A stretch of 64,000 nt of DNA from Polyangiaceae bacterium. Lineage in GTDB: Bacteria > Myxococcota_A > Polyangia > Polyangiales > Polyangiaceae. The notes below the pieces were generated by a model. It made no database searches, was not told the origin of the DNA, and was given only the letters and a program-made list of their open reading frames with translations. The DNA is taken from positions 64,001-128,000 of the forward strand of contig JAPSGB010000008.1 of the NCBI GenBank assembly GCA_035063585.1, in the 5' to 3' direction. How positions within the stretch are numbered: the first letter of the stretch is position 1; every line of letters begins with the position of its first letter. The position numbers and the translations under genes were made by a program. Below, in pieces: positions 1-10,603 of this stretch.

Positions 1-126
1 CACGAGCTCGCTGGTCCCCCGCCAGGAGCTGTCCTGCCCTTCGAAGGAGGCGCCCCGGGCGCCCGCCGCGCTCAGGAGCCCGACGACGACCGCCAGGACC
101 GAGAGCGCGTGGCGGCGGCTCGACAT
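1..126 (-). CDS. 5' part of a secreted hypothetical protein (runs off the left edge)
   Basis: Manual translation from ATG at 126: MSSRRHALSVLAVVVGLLSAAGARGASFEGQDSSWRGTSELV, signal-peptide-like; TAAGCT box 7 nt upstream. Confidence 0.6.
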   Translation of the reverse strand, partial: MSSRRHALSVLAVVVGLLSAAGARGASFEGQDSSWRGTSELV

Positions 127-346
127 CCCGGGGAGCTTAGCGCCGTTCTCGAGCGCTTCGGGAAGCCAGGGGGCGAGCGAAATGCAGGGGAGGCTGGCCG
201 GGGCGGCGCGGCCGGCGTCCGATCGCGGGCCGCCTGGGAGAGCGGGGGCTCGAGACCCTATTTGCGAGGGCGTGCTCGCCACGGCAGAAAGAGTGCACCG
301 AGCGCGCCCCGTCGCCCGTCAAAGAAAAAAGATACGGGCCGACTTC

Positions 347-374
347 TTGACCAGTGGAGCGGCAAAGTTAGATT
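347..374 (+). promoter_or_regulatory. Sigma70-like promoter
   Basis: TTGACC-N16-TAGATT with an A-tract upstream, ahead of ATG 421. Confidence 0.5.
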
Positions 375-420
375 ACTCGGGTATGCGGACGGGAGGGGGG
401 CAACCGACGAGAGAGTCCTG

Positions 421-603
421 ATGTTACCGCCCTTCATCATCGACCAGATCCGGCGCCGAGAAGAGGAAGAGCGCGCTCGCCGTGACGCGGAGCAGCCGCG
501 GCTGGAGTTGCCGATCGACAGCCATCGACCGGAGCGGCACGAGCATCACGAAGAAAAGGACGACGAGCCGGAGCGCGGCGTCATCATCCTCGAGCTCGTC
601 TGA
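421..603 (+). CDS. Small (60 aa) charged hypothetical protein
   Basis: MLPPFIIDQIRRREEEER...PRLELP...ERGVIILELV; GC3-biased codons from ATG 421; the upstream part of the track ORF looks non-coding. Confidence 0.7.
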   Translation: MLPPFIIDQIRRREEEERARRDAEQPRLELPIDSHRPERHEHHEEKDDEPERGVIILELV

Positions 604-664
604 GCCGGTCGCAGAGAAAATTCCGGCGGAAATTTCCAGAAGCGGTACTACGCTCCGCCTCCCG

Positions 665-2374
665 ATGGCGGTCTTGTCACTCCGGCGCGCGCTCGCCGCG
701 GCCCTCCTGTTGGCCGGATGCTACTCCCCCGGCGAGGGCGTCAACCCGCCGCTCCGGCGCATCTACTTCCCGGTGGGCCTGGCGGTGAGTCCCGGCAACA
801 GCCGGCTCTATGTCGTCAACAGCGACTACGACCTCCAATATAACGCGGGCGTCCTCCAGGCTTATGACCTCGAGCGGATCCGCGCGCTCCTGCCGGTCGT
901 CTGCGACGCCGACTCGGATTGCCCGGCGGACCAGCGCTGCGACTCCTCGCCGAGCGCGCAGAACGGGGGCACCCCGAGCCGCTGGTGCGTCGCGTCGAGC
1001 GGCGCGCGCGCTGGGCAGCCCTGCGGCGCGCTCGGGGAGAAGAGCGCGGCCGACCTCGTGACCCAGCCGGGGCGCTGCGGGCCGCTCGATCCGAACCGCC
1101 CACCGGACGGGGGGGAGTCGCTCATCGTCGGCACGGTCGGTATCGGCGCGTTCGCCACCGACGTCATCTTCGTCAGCCGCCCCCCGATCGACGGCGTCGA
1201 GCGCCCAGGCGGCCGGCTGTTTCTGCCCGTGCGCGGGGACAGCTCGCTCCACTGGATCGACGTCGACGACGACTCGAAGAGCGCCCGTGAGGACTTCGTG
1301 TTCCGCTGCGGGCAGGAGCACAACGATGGGAGGTGCGACGACGCGCACCGCGCCGGCAAGGATTCCGCGGACAACACCCGTGGGCTCCGGCTGCCGCCCG
1401 AGCCGTACGGTATCGCGGCGAGCGCCGGCGGCCAGGCGATCACCCTCACCCACCAGACCGAGGGCGTGGTCTCGCTCTTCGTGCAGCAGGGGCTCGCCGA
1501 CTGGGGCGATGGCGTCTCCACCTTCGGCCGCGGGCCCCACCTCGAGTTTCTCACCGGCAATATGCCGAGCCGGCCCATCGGGATCGCGGCGGTCCCGCGC
1601 CCGGCGGTCGTCGCGGCGGATCCGTCGCTCGTCCATCACCCGGGCTTCCTCGTGACCTACCGGGACGCCGCGCAGATCCAGCTGCTCCGCTACTACGACG
1701 ATCTCTTCACGGGCACCGAGCCGAACAACCCGGCGCGGCCCTTCCTCGACCGCGCCTCGTCGATGAACGTCACCAGCAACTCGGTCGGCTTCGACTCGCG
1801 CGGGATCGCCGTCGACGCCGTGGCGCGCGAGGAGTGCGAGGCCCGCTGCGCCAGGCTCGGGGGAGAGCTGAGCTGCCTCACCGACTGCGCCGGCATCCCG
1901 GTGAGCGTCTATGTCGCGAACCGCGCGCCGTCGAGCCTGCTCGTCGGGCAGACACGCCCGAACGCAGGCGTCGTCGGCACCGATGACCTCCCCCACTTCG
2001 ACGAAGTCGAGCCGATGCCCTTCGGGCCCTCGCGCGTCATCGTGGGCGACGTCATCGGACCCGACGGACGCCGGCAGCGTCGCGTCTTCGTGGTCTGCTT
2101 CGACTCACACACGCTCATGATTTACGACCCAGCGAAACGACGGCTCGAGGCGGTCGTCACGACCGGGCGCGGGCCTCAGGCCTTCGCGCTCGACGTGCCG
2201 GCCATCGCCGCCAGCGCCGACCGCGAGACGGACCGGCCAGCGTACGCCTACGGGTTCATCGGTCATTTCACCGACTCCTGGCTCGGGGTGATCGATCTCG
2301 ATCAACGCCACGCCACCTACGGCAAGCTCATCATGACGCTGGGCGCACCCTCCGCACCGAGGTCGTCCAAGTGA
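665..2374 (+). CDS. Lipoprotein, probable YncE/YVTN-like beta-propeller with Cys-rich inserts
   Basis: Lipobox LLAG-C after MAVLSLRR; propeller-like strands LYVVNSD, VYVANR, VFVVCFDS. Confidence 0.7.
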   Translation: MAVLSLRRALAAALLLAGCYSPGEGVNPPLRRIYFPVGLAVSPGNSRLYVVNSDYDLQYNAGVLQAYDLERIRALLPVVCDADSDCPADQRCDSSPSAQNGGTPSRWCVASSGARAGQPCGALGEKSAADLVTQPGRCGPLDPNRPPDGGESLIVGTVGIGAFATDVIFVSRPPIDGVERPGGRLFLPVRGDSSLHWIDVDDDSKSAREDFVFRCGQEHNDGRCDDAHRAGKDSADNTRGLRLPPEPYGIAASAGGQAITLTHQTEGVVSLFVQQGLADWGDGVSTFGRGPHLEFLTGNMPSRPIGIAAVPRPAVVAADPSLVHHPGFLVTYRDAAQIQLLRYYDDLFTGTEPNNPARPFLDRASSMNVTSNSVGFDSRGIAVDAVAREECEARCARLGGELSCLTDCAGIPVSVYVANRAPSSLLVGQTRPNAGVVGTDDLPHFDEVEPMPFGPSRVIVGDVIGPDGRRQRRVFVVCFDSHTLMIYDPAKRRLEAVVTTGRGPQAFALDVPAIAASADRETDRPAYAYGFIGHFTDSWLGVIDLDQRHATYGKLIMTLGAPSAPRSSK

Positions 2375-5304
2375 GCCGCCGCGCGCTCGGGCTGGTGCTC
2401 GCCGCGGCGGCCGTCGCGACGGCGGGCTGCACGCAGTCGCCGATTACGCTCCCGCTCCGCTCGCTCGAGCAGAGCGGCGAGGTGAGCTTCGTCTGTGTCG
2501 GGACGGGCGCAGGCGGCCGCCCCGAGGGGCGCGCGCTCGACGACTGCCCCGACTTCGCGCGCGGCGAGAACCACCTGATGGCGCTGGTGACGCAGACCCG
2601 CCGCGGCGAGATCGCGGTGGTGGATCTCACCGCGGGCAGCGTGCTCGACACCGATCCCGCGACGCCCGGGTTCAACTTCTTGCCGGTCGGCGCGAACCCC
2701 GTGAGCATCGTCTCGACCCCGGGGGGCGAGGCGAGCTTCGTGGGCGTCGCCGAGGTCGGAAAGGAGGGGATCTTCGCGCTGCCCTCGAGCTGCCTCGGCC
2801 CGCCGCGCGCGCTCCCGGACGGAGGCTCCGAGCGAGTCCGCGATCTCACGAGCTTCGCGGCGTGCGCGCTGCCGAGCGCGCCGGGCGCCATGTCCATCTT
2901 GATTGATCCGCCGTCGGCGGACGGCGAGCGCGCGTCGTGTGACTCCCCTCATGACGCCGCCACCGCCAAGATCGGCGCCGCGGTCGCTGCGAACCGCGCC
3001 GAGTGCGCCGTCGATCTCGCCCTCGAGCAGAGCCCACCGGGGCGTCGCAAGCTCGCGGTGACGCTCCCCGATCGCGGCGAGCTCGTCATCATCGACGCGC
3101 AGACCCTCCTCGATCAGACCCCCGGCGACTTCCCCGCGTGCCCGATCGAGCGCACCGTCCCGCTGGCGGTGTCGCTCCCGGCCGCGGGCGCGACGCAGAG
3201 CGTCCCGGCCGATCTTCAGGCGCCCGGATGCGGGCTCGGCGCCGAGGTCAACTACGGCCCCGTGAAGCAGAGCTTCAGCCCGCGCCCGTCCGATCTCGCT
3301 CTGAGCCAGTCGACCCTGTTCGTCGCGGATCAGGGCGCGCCGGTGGTGCACGTCCTCGACGTCCACGACCCCTGCGCGATCGCCGAGGAACTGCCCCTCT
3401 TGCCGGTGTCCCTCGAGGACGTGGGGCGCACCGTGACCACCACGAAGGTGGCGGTCAGCCCGGTCACGACCGGCGGCAAGCGCTTCGCCTACGCGGTCGA
3501 TCAGGCCGAAGGGAGCGTCATGGTGTTCGACGTGAGCCCGGGCTCCGTCGAGCGTACGCCCATCGTGAGGCCCGGCTCGCGGCGCCTGCCCTTCGAGGCG
3601 GCCGACCGCATCGAATTCTCCGCCCCGGCGGTAGACGTCGAGTTCGCGCTCAAGGACAACCCCATCGCGGATCCGGTCACCGGCGTCGCGGTGGTCGGGA
3701 CGCTCTGCGATCCCTCGCCGAGCGCCGACGGGACGGTCGGCGCTCTCTATCGCCCCTCGGCGGATCTTCGCAGCGGCGCCGCGCCGCGGCTCTTGCGCGG
3801 GATCTTCGGGTTCGTGCTGCTCTCGAGCGGTCAGGTCGCGGTGATCGACGAGGAGGACTTCGACGCGGATTGCCGGCGGCCGGTGAGCGGGAACCGGGCG
3901 GCGACGCCCGACTACCGCGGCTGCTTCGACGACGGCCTCACGGCGTACCAGTCGGGGGGCGACCCCACCGTCAGCGGTGAGGTGAGCTGCAACGTGGTCG
4001 AGCCGCACCGCGCCCGCAGCGGCGCCTACGTCATGACCAGCGCGAGCCTCGGCGCGCGCGCGCCGACCCTGCGCGCGCTGCCCCGGCTGCACGCCCCGGT
4101 CGGCGGCAATCCGCCCATGGACGACCCGGCGAACCCGAAGCTGCTCGCGGTCGAGTTCGCGAGCCCCGGGACGTCGAGCGGTGAGGCGACCGACGTGTTC
4201 GTCGGCGTCGACCGCTACTCGACCGCGGCTGGAGCGGAGCACTTCATCGACACCAATCCGAAGACGGCGACCTCGGCGTCGCTCGCGCTCCCGCTCGAGG
4301 AGCCGCGAGCGTTCGGTGCCCAGGAGGATTTCACGCTCACCTACGAAGGACCGCTCTTCGCCGATCGCCCGGCAGGTGTGCTCACGCCCTCGGCGGCCGG
4401 CGCGGGTCGCACGACCTTCCTCGACCCCGACGCCTACTTCTGCTCGCTCGGCGTGGCGGACCAGGACATGGCGCGCGCCACGGGCGAGTCGCTCGGCGTC
4501 GCGGCGGCCGACCTCGATCGCTTCGCCGCTCGCCACGCCGATCGGCTGGTCGTGACGAGCTCGCGGCTCCCCGCAGCCGACGCCTACTGGCGGAGCCCGG
4601 CCGCCGCCGAGTGCGGGGGCGCAAGCAACGGCCCGTTGAACTGCGACAGCTGGTTCGGGGCGGTCGATCAGCCGACCACCGCGCGCGATCTCCGGGTCGT
4701 CGAGGCCTGGTCGGATCACCTGGTGGTCGAGCCCGCCGAGCCGGGCGTCACCCTCGAGCGGATGCGCTGCTGCTTCCCGCAGGCGGTGAGCTACACGGTC
4801 CGCGGCGGCGCGACCTGGATCCTCCAGGGCAGCGCGTCGGGGTTCCGCAGCCACCACCGCGTCTCCACGACCGGTCGCTGCGAGGTGGATTGCAACCCGC
4901 GCCGGTCGCTCCTTCGAGGGCGCGCCTACGAGAGCCCGGATCGCGAGTGCGTCACCACCACGGAGGGCGGCGAGGCGGTCACGAGCTGTCGCGCGCTCGC
5001 GTGTGATTTCGGCGACGGCAAGATCACCGACGCGACGAGCCCCTGCGTGTTCGACTCCATCTCCGCGCGCTTCGCGATCTACGCGGGCTCCGCGCCCACG
5101 CCGCGCGACATGAACTACACGTGGACGGTCACCGGCGGCTTCACCCCGCTGGTCGCCAACATGATGACCCAGACGACCTCGGTCTTGCCGCAGTCGATGG
5201 TCTTCATCCCCCAGCTCGGGCAGCTCGCGGTCGCCGACGGCGCGGCCGCCGGCCTCACGCTCATCAGCCTCGACACCGTCGCGGTGAGCCGTCTCTATTT
5301 CTGA
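2371..5304 (+). CDS. Large Cys-containing lipoprotein, beta-rich hypothetical
   Basis: Lipobox ATAG-C; GTGA overlap with the upstream stop; 977 aa. Confidence 0.75.
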   Translation: MSRRALGLVLAAAAVATAGCTQSPITLPLRSLEQSGEVSFVCVGTGAGGRPEGRALDDCPDFARGENHLMALVTQTRRGEIAVVDLTAGSVLDTDPATPGFNFLPVGANPVSIVSTPGGEASFVGVAEVGKEGIFALPSSCLGPPRALPDGGSERVRDLTSFAACALPSAPGAMSILIDPPSADGERASCDSPHDAATAKIGAAVAANRAECAVDLALEQSPPGRRKLAVTLPDRGELVIIDAQTLLDQTPGDFPACPIERTVPLAVSLPAAGATQSVPADLQAPGCGLGAEVNYGPVKQSFSPRPSDLALSQSTLFVADQGAPVVHVLDVHDPCAIAEELPLLPVSLEDVGRTVTTTKVAVSPVTTGGKRFAYAVDQAEGSVMVFDVSPGSVERTPIVRPGSRRLPFEAADRIEFSAPAVDVEFALKDNPIADPVTGVAVVGTLCDPSPSADGTVGALYRPSADLRSGAAPRLLRGIFGFVLLSSGQVAVIDEEDFDADCRRPVSGNRAATPDYRGCFDDGLTAYQSGGDPTVSGEVSCNVVEPHRARSGAYVMTSASLGARAPTLRALPRLHAPVGGNPPMDDPANPKLLAVEFASPGTSSGEATDVFVGVDRYSTAAGAEHFIDTNPKTATSASLALPLEEPRAFGAQEDFTLTYEGPLFADRPAGVLTPSAAGAGRTTFLDPDAYFCSLGVADQDMARATGESLGVAAADLDRFAARHADRLVVTSSRLPAADAYWRSPAAAECGGASNGPLNCDSWFGAVDQPTTARDLRVVEAWSDHLVVEPAEPGVTLERMRCCFPQAVSYTVRGGATWILQGSASGFRSHHRVSTTGRCEVDCNPRRSLLRGRAYESPDRECVTTTEGGEAVTSCRALACDFGDGKITDATSPCVFDSISARFAIYAGSAPTPRDMNYTWTVTGGFTPLVANMMTQTTSVLPQSMVFIPQLGQLAVADGAAAGLTLISLDTVAVSRLYF

Positions 5305-5418
5305 GCCCCGCCGGGCTCGCCTGCGGCGAACGCGTCGCCTCGTCGGGGGAGGGTGAGCGAGGGGGCGGCGTCGCGCGGTGGGCTTTCGGCGAGCGGCCCG
5401 CGCTGTTACACGGAGCAC

Positions 5419-8019
5419 ATGGCTGGGCGAAGGACGCCGGTGATGCAGCAGTTCGCGGACGCGAAGCGCGCCTACCCGGACGCCATCTTGTTCTTCAGGA
5501 TGGGAGACTTCTACGAGATGTTCGAGGACGACGCGGTGCTCGCTGCGCGTCTGCTCGAGCTCGTGCTCACCAGCCGTAACAAGGGCAAGCCCGACGAGGT
5601 GCCCATGGCGGGCGTGCCGCACCACGCCGCCCACGGGTACATCGCGAGGCTGCTCGAGCTCGGCTACCAGGTCGCCATCTGCGAGCAGATGGCCGACCCC
5701 GCGACAGTGAAGGGGATCGTGCCGCGTGAGGTGGTGCGTGTCATCACGCCCGGCACGGTGACCGACCGCGACCAGCTCGACGCCTCCACCAACAATTGGC
5801 TCGGCGCGGTCGAGCCCGAGCGAGACGGGGCGGGGCTCGCGCTGCTCGATCTCTCGACCGGTGAGCTCCGCGCCGCCATGGCGCGCGACCTCTCGGCGCT
5901 CCTCGCCGAGCTCGGTCGCGCCGCGCCCCGCGAGCTCTTGGTCGGCGGCGCGCCGGAGGGGCTGCCCGAGGCGGTCGCGGCGCTCCGCGCGGCTCTGCCG
6001 GGCGCGGCGGTGCGCGAGGACCGCGCCCTCGACGACGCGGAGGCTCCGGCCGCGCTCGGCGCGCTGGCGAGCGACGCCGCCGGCCTCGCGCCGGCCGCGC
6101 GCGCCGCGGTCGCGCGAGCGCTCCGCTACGCCCGCGCCTGTAACCCGGGCGTCGAGCTCCCGATCGCCTACATCGGGCGTTGGGAGCCCTCGGACGCGCT
6201 GGTCATCGATCCATCGACCCAGCGTCATCTGGAGCTCGCCCTCTCCGCGCGCGGGACGCGGGACGGGAGCCTGCTCGGAGTCATCGATCGCACGCGCTCG
6301 CCGGCCGGTGCTCGCCGACTCCGCCGCCAGTTGCTCGCGCCGCTCGTCGACGTCGCGCGGATCCGCCGTCGCCTCGCTCGCGTGGAGGCGCTCGTGAACG
6401 ACCCGGCGCTGCGGGAGCAGCTCGCCCAAGCGCTCGCGGGCGTGGGGGATCTCGAGCGGCTCTCGACCCGCGCCGCGCTCGGGGAGGCGACGCCGCGCGA
6501 TCTCGGCGCGATCCGCGACGGGCTCGTCGCGGCCAAGCAGGCGATCGCGCTCCTCACCAAGCTCGGCGGCGGCGCGACCTTGGGCGACCCGCTCTTCGAG
6601 CCGGCCTCGGCCGACACGCTCGACGAGCTCGCCGAAGCGCTCGGTCGCGCCCTGGTCGAGCGTCCGCCCGCGCAGCCCAAAGACGGCGCGGTGTTCGTCA
6701 CCGGCTACGATCGCGCGCTCGATGAAGAGGACGAGCTCCGCCGCTCGGGCAGCGAGCGCATGGTCGAGCTCGAGGCGCGGCTCAAGCGAGAGACCGGGAT
6801 CGGCACGCTCAAGGTGCGCTTCACTCGGGTGTTCGGCTGGTACATCGAGGTGAGCCGCTCGCAGGCCGGGCGCGCGCCGGAGGGCTGGCGTCGAAAGCAG
6901 ACGGTGGCGACCGGCGAGCGGTACACCATCGCCGAGCTCGACGACCTCGCCGATCGCATCCTGCACGCCGAGGAGCGTCGGCGCGAGCGCGAGCTCGAGT
7001 TGCTCGGCGAGCTCACCCGCCGCGCCGGCGCGGCGAGCTCACGCCTCCGCGCGCTCTCCGCGCTCCTCGCTCGCTGGGACGTCGCGGGCGCGCTCGCCGA
7101 GGTCGCGCACCGCTTCGACTACGTGCGCCCCGAGGTGGACACCTCGAGCGCGCTCCTCATCGAGGACGGACGTCACCCGGTGGTCGAGCGCCTCGCGGCG
7201 GCGGGGCGCTTCGTCCCGAACGACGTCCGCCTCGATCTCGAGGGCGAGCGGCTCTGGGTCATCACCGGGCCCAACATGGCCGGCAAGAGCACGCTCCTCC
7301 GGCAGACCGCGCTCACCGTCATCCTCGCGCAGATGGGCAGCTACGTTCCCGCGCGCTCGGCCCGCGTCGGCGTCGTCGACCGCGTGCTCTCACGGGTCGG
7401 CGCGAGCGACGATCTGTCGCGGGGCGAGAGCACGTTCATGGTCGAGATGCGCGAGACGGCCACCATCCTCCGCGCGGCGACCGCGCGCTCGCTGGTCATC
7501 GTCGACGAGATCGGGCGCGGGACGAGCACCCTCGACGGCCTCGCCATCGCGTGGGCGGTCGCCGAGCACCTGGACGCCGCCATTGGCTGCCGCGCGCTCT
7601 TCGCGACGCACTATCACGAGCTCGTCGAGCTCGCCGACTCGAGCGAGCACGTCGCGAACTACAGCGTGAGCGCGCGCGAGCTCGAGAACGACGTCGTGTT
7701 CTTGCACCGGCTCGTGCGCGGCGCGACCAGCAAGAGCTACGGGATCGCGGTGGCGCGGCTCGCTGGCCTACCGGAGAGCGTGCTCGCGCGCGCGCGCGCG
7801 GTGCTCGCCGCGCTCGAGGGCGCGCCGCCGGGGAGCGGTGGGCCGACCGCCAAGGCGCACCTCGGCGGTCGCGGCGCGGGGCAGCTCGCGCTCTTCGCGC
7901 CGCCGGCCGCGCCGCCCAGCCACCCGGAGATCATCGAGACCCTACGCGCGGTGGACGTCGATCGCCTGACGCCACTCGAGGCGCTCGGGCTCATCAGCAC
8001 CTTGAAGGCGCGCCTCTGA
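5419..8019 (+). CDS. mutS: DNA mismatch repair protein MutS
   Basis: TPVMQQ, FFRMGDFYEMF, Walker A GPNMAGKST, STFMVEM, DEIGRGTS, FATHYHEL. Confidence 0.97.
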   Translation: MAGRRTPVMQQFADAKRAYPDAILFFRMGDFYEMFEDDAVLAARLLELVLTSRNKGKPDEVPMAGVPHHAAHGYIARLLELGYQVAICEQMADPATVKGIVPREVVRVITPGTVTDRDQLDASTNNWLGAVEPERDGAGLALLDLSTGELRAAMARDLSALLAELGRAAPRELLVGGAPEGLPEAVAALRAALPGAAVREDRALDDAEAPAALGALASDAAGLAPAARAAVARALRYARACNPGVELPIAYIGRWEPSDALVIDPSTQRHLELALSARGTRDGSLLGVIDRTRSPAGARRLRRQLLAPLVDVARIRRRLARVEALVNDPALREQLAQALAGVGDLERLSTRAALGEATPRDLGAIRDGLVAAKQAIALLTKLGGGATLGDPLFEPASADTLDELAEALGRALVERPPAQPKDGAVFVTGYDRALDEEDELRRSGSERMVELEARLKRETGIGTLKVRFTRVFGWYIEVSRSQAGRAPEGWRRKQTVATGERYTIAELDDLADRILHAEERRRERELELLGELTRRAGAASSRLRALSALLARWDVAGALAEVAHRFDYVRPEVDTSSALLIEDGRHPVVERLAAAGRFVPNDVRLDLEGERLWVITGPNMAGKSTLLRQTALTVILAQMGSYVPARSARVGVVDRVLSRVGASDDLSRGESTFMVEMRETATILRAATARSLVIVDEIGRGTSTLDGLAIAWAVAEHLDAAIGCRALFATHYHELVELADSSEHVANYSVSARELENDVVFLHRLVRGATSKSYGIAVARLAGLPESVLARARAVLAALEGAPPGSGGPTAKAHLGGRGAGQLALFAPPAAPPSHPEIIETLRAVDVDRLTPLEALGLISTLKARL

Positions 8020-8029
8020 CGCGCCGAGC

Positions 8030-10603
8030 CTAGCGTGTCCGCGGCGGGCGCGGCGCCGGCGGCGCGGCGGTGCGCCCGTCCTCCGGCCAGGCATGCCTCG
8101 GATAGCGGCGCCCGAGCTCACGGCGGATGGACGGGTAGTGACGCTCCCAGAACCCGGCGAGATCGCTGGTGACCTGCACCGCGCGGCCGTTCGGCGCGAG
8201 GAGGTGCACGGTGAGCGCGACGCGGCCGGCGCAGACCCGCGGCGACTCCTTCATACCGAAGAAATCTTGCAGCCGCGACTCGATGAAGGGCGGCTTGCCC
8301 GGCTCGTAGTGCACCACCGTGCTCCGCCCGCCAGGCAGCCGGAGCCGGTCGGGCGCGTGCTCGCGGAGCGCGCGAGCGACGTGCGGGCTCTGCGCGCGCG
8401 CGAGCTCGTCCGCGAGCTCGACGCCTTCGAGCTCGCGCAGGCTGGTGCGGCCTCGGCACGCCGCGGCGACCGCGCGCTCGAAGGCGCGCTCGACGCCGCG
8501 CTCGGAGTCATCCGGGAGCCCGAGCTCGGGGAAGTGCTCGCGGAGCAACGCGAGCCGCCCCACGAGCAGCGCGAGCCCGTCGCTCATGCCGCCTGCGCCA
8601 GCGCCGCGCGCGAGGACCGCGCGCTCGAGCACTCGGCTCGCGGCGTCCGACGGTGGCGCCGCCGCGCGGCTCTCCTCGAGCACCACCGAGCCGAGCGAGA
8701 GTCGGCTCACCCGCTCGACCCGTTCGCTTCCCGGGTTCCACTCGAACTCGTCGGTCGAGGCGAGCTGGTCGGCGTGGTCGTCGAGGAGCCACTCCGCGTC
8801 GATGGCGCTCGCCAGACGCACCACGGAACGCCCGCGCTGCTCGTCGGCGTCGAGCGCGACCATCAGCGGCGCGCCGGTGACCACGCTCGCCGGCGAGAGC
8901 TCCGCGCTCCGGCCGTTCGCGAGGACCAGCTCGCGCGCGCCGGGTCTCCGGCGGCGCGCGACGCGATCGATGAAGCCGGCGAGCACGGCGCGGCGGAGCG
9001 CGTCATCGGCCTGCTCCGCGCTCTTCGGCGGTTCGCCGCGCGTCCGCACCAGGCGCGCGAGCTGGGCGCGCGCGCGCTCGACCGCGCGCACGCGAGCGGC
9101 GTCGAGCTCGAGGTGGCGCAGCGTGGACGTGGCGAAGCGCGAGCGTCGCGCCTCTTCGAAGCGCTCGGCGAGCTCGAGCACGTCGGACGGGCCGCTCGGT
9201 CCATCCGCGCCTCGGCGCGCCTCGCCGAGGCCGGGCCGCGCGGCGCGGCGCACGTCGCGCTCGGCGAGCAGCGCGGCGGCGAGCGCGGCTTCGCTCGCGA
9301 TCCCGCGCCGCTCGCCCTCCGCCACGACCCGCGCGAGCCGCGGATGGAGGGGAAAGTCGAGGAGCCGCCGACCCACCGGGGTGAGCCGTCCGCTCGCGTC
9401 GAGCGCGCCGAGCACGCCGAGCAGCGTGCGCGCCGAGGCGCGCGCGGCCGGGGGCGGCGCGTCGAGCCAGGCGAGATCGCGCTCCGGATCGAGCCCGGCG
9501 CCCATGAGCGCCAGGGTCGCCTCCGCGAGATCCGCGCGGAGCGCCTCGGGCAGCTCGTGCGCGGGGCGCGTCTCGTAGTCCGCGCGCGTGTAGAGGCGGA
9601 GCACACGGCCGGGCCGGGTGCGGCCTGCGCGCCCGGCGCGCTGGGTCGCCGAGGCGCGGCTCACCCGCGCGAGCTCGAGGCGCGGCAGGCCGCTGAAGGG
9701 CGAGTGGGTCGCTAGCCGCGCGAGCCCGGAGTCGATGACCGTGGTCACGCCGTCCACCGTGATCGACGACTCTGCCACGTTGGTCGAGAGCACCACCTTG
9801 CGGCGGCGGCCCGGCTCGACCGCGCGCGCCTGCGCCGCGAGCGGGAGCTCGCCGTGGAGCGGGAGCACGTCGAGCGCGGCCTCGGCTGCGAGCTTCTCGA
9901 GGGCCTCGGCCGCGCGCCGGATCTCGGCCGCGCCGGGCAGGAAGACCAGCAAATCGCCGCTCGGCTCCTCGCCGACCAGCCGGCGCACCGCGCTGGCGAC
10001 CTGGCGCTCGAGCGGGCGGTCGTCGGGGCCGGGCAGGTGCTCGATGGTGATCGGGTGGAGCCGGCCGTCGCTCGTGAGGATGGGGCAGCCGCCGAGGAAC
10101 TCCGCCACCGGCGCGGTCTCGAGCGTCGCGCTCATCACGGCGAGCGCGAGATCGGGGCGGAGGCCCTCCTGCGCGCGCCTCACGAGCGCGAGCGCGAGAT
10201 CGGTCTCGAGGTGGCGCTCGTGAAACTCGTCGAGGATGACCGCCGAGACCCCGTCGAGCCGCGGCTCGGCGAGCAGCCGCCGCACGAGCACCCCCTCGGT
10301 CACGAAGCGGACGCGGGTCGCCGGGCTCGAGCGATCCTCGAAGCGGACGCTGTAGCCGATGGTGCCGCCGGGCGCTTCGCCGCGCTCCTCGGCGACCCGC
10401 GCGGCGGCGAGCCGCGCCGCGAGCCGTCGCGGCTCCGACACCAAGATCTCGCCGGCGCCAAACGCCTCCGCCTCGAGGAGCGCGGCGGGCACGCGCGTGG
10501 TCTTGCCGGCGCCGGGCGGCGCCTCGACGACCACCCGCCGCGCGCGCGTGAGCTCGCTCACGAGCGCGGGGAGCAGCGGATCGATGGGGAGCGGCGCGGG
10601 CAC
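8030..10603 (-). CDS. hrpB: ATP-dependent RNA helicase HrpB
   Basis: LPID, APPGAGKTT, DEFHER, MSAT, TNVAESSIT, QRAGRAGR, C-terminal HLLAPN..VQVTSDL..FW..YPRHAWP; start at GTG 10603 is inferred. Confidence 0.93.
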   Translation of the reverse strand: MPAPLPIDPLLPALVSELTRARRVVVEAPPGAGKTTRVPAALLEAEAFGAGEILVSEPRRLAARLAAARVAEERGEAPGGTIGYSVRFEDRSSPATRVRFVTEGVLVRRLLAEPRLDGVSAVILDEFHERHLETDLALALVRRAQEGLRPDLALAVMSATLETAPVAEFLGGCPILTSDGRLHPITIEHLPGPDDRPLERQVASAVRRLVGEEPSGDLLVFLPGAAEIRRAAEALEKLAAEAALDVLPLHGELPLAAQARAVEPGRRRKVVLSTNVAESSITVDGVTTVIDSGLARLATHSPFSGLPRLELARVSRASATQRAGRAGRTRPGRVLRLYTRADYETRPAHELPEALRADLAEATLALMGAGLDPERDLAWLDAPPPAARASARTLLGVLGALDASGRLTPVGRRLLDFPLHPRLARVVAEGERRGIASEAALAAALLAERDVRRAARPGLGEARRGADGPSGPSDVLELAERFEEARRSRFATSTLRHLELDAARVRAVERARAQLARLVRTRGEPPKSAEQADDALRRAVLAGFIDRVARRRRPGARELVLANGRSAELSPASVVTGAPLMVALDADEQRGRSVVRLASAIDAEWLLDDHADQLASTDEFEWNPGSERVERVSRLSLGSVVLEESRAAAPPSDAASRVLERAVLARGAGAGGMSDGLALLVGRLALLREHFPELGLPDDSERGVERAFERAVAAACRGRTSLRELEGVELADELARAQSPHVARALREHAPDRLRLPGGRSTVVHYEPGKPPFIESRLQDFFGMKESPRVCAGRVALTVHLLAPNGRAVQVTSDLAGFWERHYPSIRRELGRRYPRHAWPEDGRTAAPPAPRPPRTR

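Noticed and set aside
2317..6966. 1549-aa minus-strand ORF
   Set aside because: Antisense shadow of the lipoprotein and mutS; Arg/Ala-rich with no motifs. Stops are rare in GC-rich antisense frames.
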